This document shows, one piece after another, positions 27,143 to 32,256 of a stretch of DNA of 32,256 bases; positions within the stretch are counted from its first letter, which is position 1, and every line of letters starts with the position of its first letter. This DNA is from a virus (taxonomy: Duplodnaviria > Caudoviricetes). A program made the translations under genes and the position numbers. The notes beneath the pieces were generated by a model, which ran no database searches, had not been told where the DNA came from, and saw only the letters and a list, made by a program, of their open reading frames with translations. Location of the stretch: IMG/VR virus record IMGVR_UViG_3300044628_000066, positions 1 through 32,256 of that record; one strand, written 5' to 3'.

Positions 27143-27176
27143 AAATTAGCCCTTTACACCGTGCATACGGGTACTA
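27143..27176 (-). promoter_or_regulatory. Putative phage late promoter (copy A) downstream of terL
   Basis: TAGTACCCGTAT-N16-TAATTT. The initial TAG is the terL stop codon. Confidence 0.65.
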
Positions 27177-28499
27177 GACAACGTGTTTGTATGGGTCATA
27201 CTCTTCGTTCGCAGTTGATTTGCGCTTGTACTTATCAAATAGGGATCGTTTACGAACCGGATATGCGAACGTCAACGCAAGCGCATCGGCAAGGTCAGGT
27301 GATGCGCCACCTTGCAAACGCTTCTTGATCTCGTCCTTTGACTCAAGCACCTTGCGACCAGCCTGGTCAAACCAATACACAGGCGTTGCCATCTCTTGCT
27401 TCAACGCAACGTCATTTGGTATTGCACCACCCTGCTCAATCCATTCTTTCATGCCCCACCACATCTCGGTGCGTCGATTGACAAACTGATCGGGTTGAAT
27501 GGCGCGGCCACCAAACGGCACTTCGATGGGGTCGAAGTCAAGTTGACGCAGTCTGTCAATGACTCCTGCACCCGCACCGCTGTCAACAAACACCGCGTCC
27601 GGCTCCCACGATTCCATGACCGATGCAACGCGAGCGGCAAGTTCCATGTTGTCAATGCCCCTGTACACAAGGGGTGGAAACGCAACAAGACCCTGACGCT
27701 TGAAGATTACGCTGCGGTCATCACCAAACCGCGCAGGGTCAACGCCAATGATGCGGGGTGATCCTTCAATGTCTTTGTCCGTATATTCGCGGCTTGCTGC
27801 AAGTTCAGCGTCTGACAAACTGATCAACTGGTCATCGCCGGCGGCGGCAAAATCGCACAGATACTCGCGAGCAAACGCAGTCTCAGGCATGTCGCGCTTC
27901 AGGCGTTCGACTTCCTTGGGATCAATTGCCTGGGTGTCGAAGACCGTGTACCGAGCGGCGTTCCAATCGGGCAGCGACTGTGCGCGGTAGTACAACTCGC
28001 TGAACAGGTTGATGCCTGACGGTGTCCCAATGAACATTGCCCAACCCTGACGGTCAGACAGTGCCGGCTGAATGATGTCGTTCCACACCTCCGGCTTGAC
28101 CTGCGACACCTCGTCAATCACGCAGCCGTCAAGGCGCACACCGCGCATTGCATCGGGGTTGTCTCCACCGAATATACGGATGACGCACCCGTTGTGCTTG
28201 AACGTGACGAGCAGGTCGCCCTCGTTAATGTCAATGGCGTTCTCCATGAGGAGGGGCGCAAGTTTTTGTTTGAGCCGCGCCCAGGCAATAGCCTTGGCTT
28301 GCTTCAGGAACGGGGCAATGTAGAAGAACAGGCCAAGTTCCTGCTTGAACCGGATCGCCTTATCAATCAATTCCATGATGGCAAGTTCAGTCTTGCCAGC
28401 GCGACGGTGCAGGGCAAGCACTGTGAACCTGCGCTTACTGACATGGCATGTCCGTTGCCATGCTCGCGGCTTGTACTGCAAACTGACGGTGCGAGCCAT
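27174..28499 (-). CDS. terL: Terminase large subunit
   Basis: Walker A HRRAGKT, Walker B CVIDE, coupling motif GTP, and RNase H-like nuclease motifs IGVDPARFGDD and SPDLADALALTF. Confidence 0.95.
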   Translation of the reverse strand: MARTVSLQYKPRAWQRTCHVSKRRFTVLALHRRAGKTELAIMELIDKAIRFKQELGLFFYIAPFLKQAKAIAWARLKQKLAPLLMENAIDINEGDLLVTFKHNGCVIRIFGGDNPDAMRGVRLDGCVIDEVSQVKPEVWNDIIQPALSDRQGWAMFIGTPSGINLFSELYYRAQSLPDWNAARYTVFDTQAIDPKEVERLKRDMPETAFAREYLCDFAAAGDDQLISLSDAELAASREYTDKDIEGSPRIIGVDPARFGDDRSVIFKRQGLVAFPPLVYRGIDNMELAARVASVMESWEPDAVFVDSGAGAGVIDRLRQLDFDPIEVPFGGRAIQPDQFVNRRTEMWWGMKEWIEQGGAIPNDVALKQEMATPVYWFDQAGRKVLESKDEIKKRLQGGASPDLADALALTFAYPVRKRSLFDKYKRKSTANEEYDPYKHVV

Positions 28500-28909
28500 T
28501 ATCGTTCCGGTACGCCTGTTGCCACCATCAGGCTGATGCCACCGGAATGGTTCATGTCAACGCGCTCTGCCCACCGGGCGGGGTTCCACATCCGAAGGCA
28601 CTTCATCCGGGTATCGACCTGCAAACGCCTCCAAGCGGCTTGTACTGCGTCTGTAGGCTCTGTGTCGCACAGGGTCTTGCACTCCTCAAGCATTGCCTCT
28701 TGTCCCTTGTCACGGGCGACCTTATAAAGTGCAGCAAATTCCTCGTCTTCCTCTTTCCATAGGTGAACCGTACGCACATCCGGGTTGCCCTTGCGGTTGG
28801 CAAACTCAAGCAGGGTTCCACCTGTTGACAGCCAATCAAGTACTTCCGCTGCCTTGGGATTGTGCATGACCGGGCCGCGCTTCGGCTTGCCCACTGGTCG
28901 CTTGATCAC
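28499..28909 (-). CDS. terS: Terminase small subunit (start uncertain: 28963, GTG 28909 or the ATG of MHNPK)
   Basis: HTH-like EVLDWLSTGGTL...PDVRTVHLW and RRLQVDTRMKCLRMWNPARWAER, resembling Sf6/P22-type TerS. TAATG coupling to terL. Confidence 0.8.
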   Translation of the reverse strand: MIKRPVGKPKRGPVMHNPKAAEVLDWLSTGGTLLEFANRKGNPDVRTVHLWKEEDEEFAALYKVARDKGQEAMLEECKTLCDTEPTDAVQAAWRRLQVDTRMKCLRMWNPARWAERVDMNHSGGISLMVATGVPER

Positions 28910-29159
28910 AGAGGTACTGGGTGACTTTTTTGTAAGCGCGAGGGATTTGGGCGCGTCTTTCATAGTTGCATAGTTTCTGTATGGTGGACTTTGATAGTTT
29001 GAACATTGACGCTAATTTGCCGTAGGAAAGCCCTCTTTCCTCCCGTGCGTCCCTTATGCACTGTACTGCATAATCTGAAATTCTTGCGTTGTGATGCGAT
29101 TGCCCGATGCGATAGCCGTCTTCATTGACAGCGACGATGGCTATACGCTTGGTGATCAT
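28836..29159 (-). CDS. Helix-turn-helix DNA-binding protein
   Basis: RIGQSHHNARISDYAVQCIR...GLSYGKLASMFKLSKSTIQKLC. Confidence 0.75.
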   Translation of the reverse strand: MITKRIAIVAVNEDGYRIGQSHHNARISDYAVQCIRDAREERGLSYGKLASMFKLSKSTIQKLCNYERRAQIPRAYKKVTQYLCDQATSGQAEARPGHAQSQGSGST

Positions 29160-29398
29160 GTGCGTTTACGCAGGACGATGTCAAACCCTGCTGCGCCAGC
29201 AATGGCAAGCGCAGAGTCGAATGCTGGCTTTCGTTTACCGATCACCGTACCAGGCGTACCAAGCAAGCACCTCACCGTGTGCGCTCGGAGTATCCCTGCC
29301 TTATCCATTGCAACCGCAAGTTCCCCGCGTGTCGATCCTTGCGACTCAAGTGTCTCGCGGATATGCGTTTTAAATTCGTCGTAAGTGTTTATCGTCAT
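29156..29398 (-). CDS. XRE-like helix-turn-helix protein
   Basis: 80 aa, QGSTRGELAVAM...HTVRCLL...KPAFDSALAIAGAAGFDIVL. A TATACT -10-like hexamer lies 7 nt upstream of the ATG. Confidence 0.65.
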   Translation of the reverse strand: MTINTYDEFKTHIRETLESQGSTRGELAVAMDKAGILRAHTVRCLLGTPGTVIGKRKPAFDSALAIAGAAGFDIVLRKRT

Positions 29399-29415
29399 CT
29401 ACGTCAGTATATAAG

Positions 29416-29961
29416 TCAATCGGTTTCCCAATATACGAGATCGCCTCTTTTATAGAATTTCATTTGATCAACGTACTTCTTGGTGTCAACAAAGTGCTTG
29501 TCCTTGACAGTGAAGTGGTTGTTGGGCAACAGCAAGAAGTAACCTTCGTCAGCAATGATCAGGCTCAACGGCTTGTGTTCTGCGGGGTACTGCGAGTAAC
29601 CGTCAGCCCAATCAATGACAATACCCGTGTGTATGCCTGACACCTCGGCGCGAAACGCGTTGACAGTCAAGCCTTCAAGTGCCTTAAATTGCACGGCTTC
29701 AATGTCGTTACCCATTGCTCCCCACGGCTGTGAGGAGTCATCAAAGTCAGGGTCAAACGAATCGGTCGTTGACAACGCGTGTAGCGGCAGACCTGACCAG
29801 TGCGCTCCGGACGCGAGGATCACATGGCAAGACAAGTACTGACCGGGTCGAGCGTAGATGGCATGCCACATACCAGGCGTTGTGCCGGATGGCATGTTCG
29901 GGCCAAGGTATTGGTTGTCAACTTCCACATAAAAATGGTTGGGTAGGTTGGTGTGTCGCAT
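29416..29961 (-). CDS. Conserved phage hypothetical protein
   Basis: 181 aa (NLPNHFYVEVDNQYL...GAHWSGLPLHAL...DWADGYSQYPAEHK...LLPNN) with TAATG coupling to the upstream micro-ORF. Confidence 0.7.
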   Translation of the reverse strand: MRHTNLPNHFYVEVDNQYLGPNMPSGTTPGMWHAIYARPGQYLSCHVILASGAHWSGLPLHALSTTDSFDPDFDDSSQPWGAMGNDIEAVQFKALEGLTVNAFRAEVSGIHTGIVIDWADGYSQYPAEHKPLSLIIADEGYFLLLPNNHFTVKDKHFVDTKKYVDQMKFYKRGDLVYWETD

Positions 29962-30059
29962 TAGTAGTCAGGAGATGAATCGTCAAAGAACCATAGCCAC
30001 ACCCCACAGGCGGCAAGGAAGATCAAAGCAATTGGTACAGCACAAAGCGTATGGATCAT
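29961..30059 (-). CDS. 32-aa membrane micro-protein
   Basis: MIHTLCAVPIALIFLAACGVWLWFFDDSSPDY. ATGA overlap upstream and TAATG overlap downstream. Confidence 0.55.
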   Translation of the reverse strand: MIHTLCAVPIALIFLAACGVWLWFFDDSSPDY

Positions 30060-30397
30060 GCGGTTCTTTGTCGTGAGGGTACGGGTCTGCGGGAAATCGA
30101 CAACACGCGACCAGGTTCCTTGGCGTTTGGATCCTTTGCCCACTCTGTCAACAATGACAGTTTTTCAGTGAACCAATAGATTTCTTGCAGGGATAGCGCA
30201 TATTCCTCACGGTAGATCTTGAGCGTTGGATGAAAGACCTGTGCGCTGGTGCGGTACGGGGTTGCTTGAATGACAATGCCGTCATGGTCAACAGCGACAA
30301 ACCCTGTCTTTGTTTGGCCAACGGTAAAGCCTTCATGTTCTAGGTACATGACTGCTCGGACGATTCTTGCCTTATTGCGGGTAGTTGGATACATCAT
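30056..30397 (-). CDS. Hypothetical protein, paralog of 31532-31867
   Basis: MYLEHEGFTVGQTKTGFVAVDHDGIVIQATPYRTSAQVFHP aligns without gaps to MYLRGEGFTVGMTHTGFIAIDSEGVVFQVSPFRTSAQIQHP. Confidence 0.75.
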   Translation of the reverse strand: MMYPTTRNKARIVRAVMYLEHEGFTVGQTKTGFVAVDHDGIVIQATPYRTSAQVFHPTLKIYREEYALSLQEIYWFTEKLSLLTEWAKDPNAKEPGRVLSISRRPVPSRQRTA

Positions 30398-30402
30398 GTG
30401 TT
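30369..30402. repeat. 34-bp imperfect direct repeat, copy 1
   Basis: gccttattgcgggtagttggatacatcatgtgtt, 28/34 identical to 31507-31540. Confidence 0.85.
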
Positions 30403-30431
30403 AACTCGTATAGTAAACTCACCACAACACA

Positions 30432-31502
30432 ATGGCAATCCTAAAAAACTACAATCCTGCCCTTCACGACATTCATCTTTACTTTCCTGCGGCAACACTC
30501 ATGCCGCTTGTCGGTGGTGAACAGAGGGGGTTCAACCCGTCATGCCAGGGCGCAGCGGTCAATTGGTCGGGAGTGTCTCTGCGTCCACGCGCATTTGCGC
30601 GGGAGTATTCTGCATTGTTACGAGGCAAGTTAACCACTCCGTACATTGCGGAGAACATCAACTTTTGGAACACCACCAATCCTGCTGCTGTTCTTATCTC
30701 GCCAAAACACGCTCTGATATGCGAGCATTACCGGGGGGTCGGACAACCTGTTGGTGACAATGAAACCTACACGTTCCTCGGCAAGTCGGGAACACGTCAT
30801 ACTCGCAAGGTGGTAAAGGTCACCTTTGCCATTGCTCCTGACCACACTCTATTAGAGTTTGAGTCAGCGTTTCCTGCCGATGATGTTTGCGTCTATGCGT
30901 ACATTGCTGACGCTCGTTACATCCCGCTTACTCATGCCGTCTGGGTACATGAATGCGAAGGCAAGGCATACAAGATGTCTATGGGCAAATCGTTTGTCAA
31001 CGCTGCCGACGTGTGCAATGGGTTTGGTGTTGTGCCAATTATGGACGGTGTCAATGAAGGCGCACAGGCTGGTGGTTGGCCGGTCATTTGGGGAGGGGAT
31101 AGCGGCAGTCCTGCGTTTGTCATTGATTCAGCAGGACGCACCGTATTTGTGGGACTTATGAACGGTGGAATGCAGGTCAATGTTCCTGAAATGGCTGCAA
31201 TCAACGCTCAACTCAAGCCGCACAACTACTCGGTAAATCATGTCAAATTGTCTTCCAAAGTCGAAGACCTGAATGACGATGGCAAAGTTGATGGTGCAGA
31301 CCTAGCAATGCTGCTTGCCGCATGGGGTAATGGGAACATCTTCATGGATGTCAACGGAGATGGCAAGGTAGACGGATCAGACCTTGCTCAACTGCAAGCG
31401 GCATGGGGTGCGTACACCATGACCCGCAATGTCCAAGCACCTGTGGCCGCACCAGCACCTGTAGTTAAATCAACAAGAACAAAGAACCCTCGCGGCAAAT
31501 AG
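30432..31502 (+). CDS. Trypsin-like serine protease with C-terminal dockerin-type EF-hand repeats
   Basis: AVLISPKHALICEHY (His), PDHTLLEF (Asp), GGDSGSP (Ser). Tandem DLNDDGKVDGADLAMLLAAWG / DVNGDGKVDGSDLAQLQAAWG. Confidence 0.85.
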   Translation: MAILKNYNPALHDIHLYFPAATLMPLVGGEQRGFNPSCQGAAVNWSGVSLRPRAFAREYSALLRGKLTTPYIAENINFWNTTNPAAVLISPKHALICEHYRGVGQPVGDNETYTFLGKSGTRHTRKVVKVTFAIAPDHTLLEFESAFPADDVCVYAYIADARYIPLTHAVWVHECEGKAYKMSMGKSFVNAADVCNGFGVVPIMDGVNEGAQAGGWPVIWGGDSGSPAFVIDSAGRTVFVGLMNGGMQVNVPEMAAINAQLKPHNYSVNHVKLSSKVEDLNDDGKVDGADLAMLLAAWGNGNIFMDVNGDGKVDGSDLAQLQAAWGAYTMTRNVQAPVAAPAPVVKSTRTKNPRGK

Positions 31503-31506
31503 CGTG

Positions 31507-31540
31507 GCTTTGTTACGGGTGGTTGAATACATCATGCGTT
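31507..31540. repeat. 34-bp imperfect direct repeat, copy 2 (orphan gene start MMYSTTRNKA on minus strand)
   Basis: gctttgttacgggtggttgaatacatcatgcgtt. The ATG at 31535 overlaps the upstream gene's TGA, and the frame ends after 21 aa at 31470. Confidence 0.85.
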
Positions 31541-31867
31541 TGTCCCCTGCACAGGCCGTCGTGATGTTGACATCTTTCGGGTGCATTCCTTGCTCTTAGG
31601 GTCGTTTGCCCACTTAATCAGAATTTCCATCCGCTCGTCAAACCAATGCGTTTGTGGAAGTTTGCGCGAGTATTCTTCACGGAATCGCTTGTGTATGGGG
31701 TGCTGAATCTGTGCGCTTGTCCTGAACGGGCTGACCTGAAACACCACACCTTCCGAATCGATGGCAATAAATCCGGTGTGCGTCATGCCAACGGTAAAGC
31801 CTTCACCTCGCAAATACATGGCAAGTGCGTTTATGTGCAGTAATACTGGTTTGCTCTCGTACCTCAC
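31532..31867 (-). CDS. Hypothetical protein, paralog of 30056-30397
   Basis: 111 aa with a GTGA overlap to the upstream gene. Shares REEY, WF, WA.DP and SRRPV motifs with the paralog. Confidence 0.75.
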   Translation of the reverse strand: MRYESKPVLLHINALAMYLRGEGFTVGMTHTGFIAIDSEGVVFQVSPFRTSAQIQHPIHKRFREEYSRKLPQTHWFDERMEILIKWANDPKSKECTRKMSTSRRPVQGTNA

Positions 31868-32256
31868 GCGTATCTCACACTTGGCTTGCGGACATGCTCA
31901 ACGGCTACGGCAAGGATTCGGCGCGACTCCGGTACATGACCAATGAACTCATGCACTTGTTTAAGTTCTTCGGTTGTGACGTTCTTTAGCATTGCCTCTG
32001 CCCACACATCCCACTCGGCAAACTCCTTTGCGCTGATCGGGGTGCAACGCTGTAGGTCGTTGCGGGTCTGCTCAACCTCGCGTTCACCTACCAGGTTTTG
32101 AGGGATCAGAGCGCAGTACGCCTTGTGTATCGCTGATATATCAGGCTTTGAGTCGCGCACTAAACGGTGCTGGCGAATGCAACTTTGCAGTTTGTCTTGA
32201 TGCAGTTGACCCCACTTCTCGTTCAAGATGCTCGACAATACAGGCTCAAGTCTCCA
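31864..32256 (-). CDS. Hypothetical protein, 3' part (5' end probably outside window)
   Basis: The frame stays open to the window edge. No family recognised. Confidence 0.6.
   Translation of the reverse strand, partial: WRLEPVLSSILNEKWGQLHQDKLQSCIRQHRLVRDSKPDISAIHKAYCALIPQNLVGEREVEQTRNDLQRCTPISAKEFAEWDVWAEAMLKNVTTEELKQVHEFIGHVPESRRILAVAVEHVRKPSVRYA

Noticed and set aside
28925-28931. A-AAA-AAG slippery heptamer as an HTH-TerS fusion frameshift
   Set aside because: The heptamer is phased in the TerS frame, so a -1 shift would leave TerS rather than enter it. No functional fusion results.
6666-28973. Many plus-strand ORFs up to about 220 aa
   Set aside because: All are antisense shadows of well-supported minus-strand genes and carry no recognisable motifs.
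31513-31524. ACCCGTA core inside the 34-bp repeat resembling the late promoter
   Set aside because: The flanks differ and no TAnnnT lies at the required spacing. It is explained by Thr-Arg-Asn codons.
1-32256. Diversity-generating retroelement, expected by analogy to BPP-1
   Set aside because: No reverse transcriptase motif and no long TR/VR pair with adenine-only mismatches was seen in this window. The 34-bp repeat is short and its differences are mostly synonymous.
1-32256. CRISPR array, tRNA, rRNA, integrase or transposase
   Set aside because: No regularly spaced repeats, cloverleaf structures or recombinase motifs were recognised. The window is almost fully protein-coding.

Overview
About 32 kb of a tailed dsDNA phage (or prophage) with podovirus architecture. 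Gene order and protein signatures resemble the Bordetella BPP-1 / Salmonella epsilon15 group. Almost everything is one minus-strand late region, read right to left: small regulators, TerS, TerL, GNAT, portal, Bbp19-like protein, scaffold, major capsid, cement, tail adaptor and nozzle, three ejection proteins (the last a 2825-aa polyvalent protein), tailspike with S74 chaperone, holin-like, Gly-rich and lipoprotein genes, a metallophosphoesterase and an HExxH protein. It converges on a plus-strand Gp157-like gene at a terminator. Four observations stand out. (1) An identical 12-mer, TAGTACCCGTAT, occurs three times at late-gene junctions, each exactly 16 nt upstream of a TAnnnT -10 box, suggesting a phage-specific late promoter. 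(2) An antisense trypsin-like protease with a Phycisphaerales-type dockerin is bracketed by a 34-bp diverged duplication of a gene start and lies between two paralogous genes. (3) An ejection protein carries an M23/LytM-like domain lacking its zinc ligands. (4) The lysis-type genes include no recognisable endolysin. Family assignments come from motif recognition by eye, not database searches. The planctomycete host is an inference.
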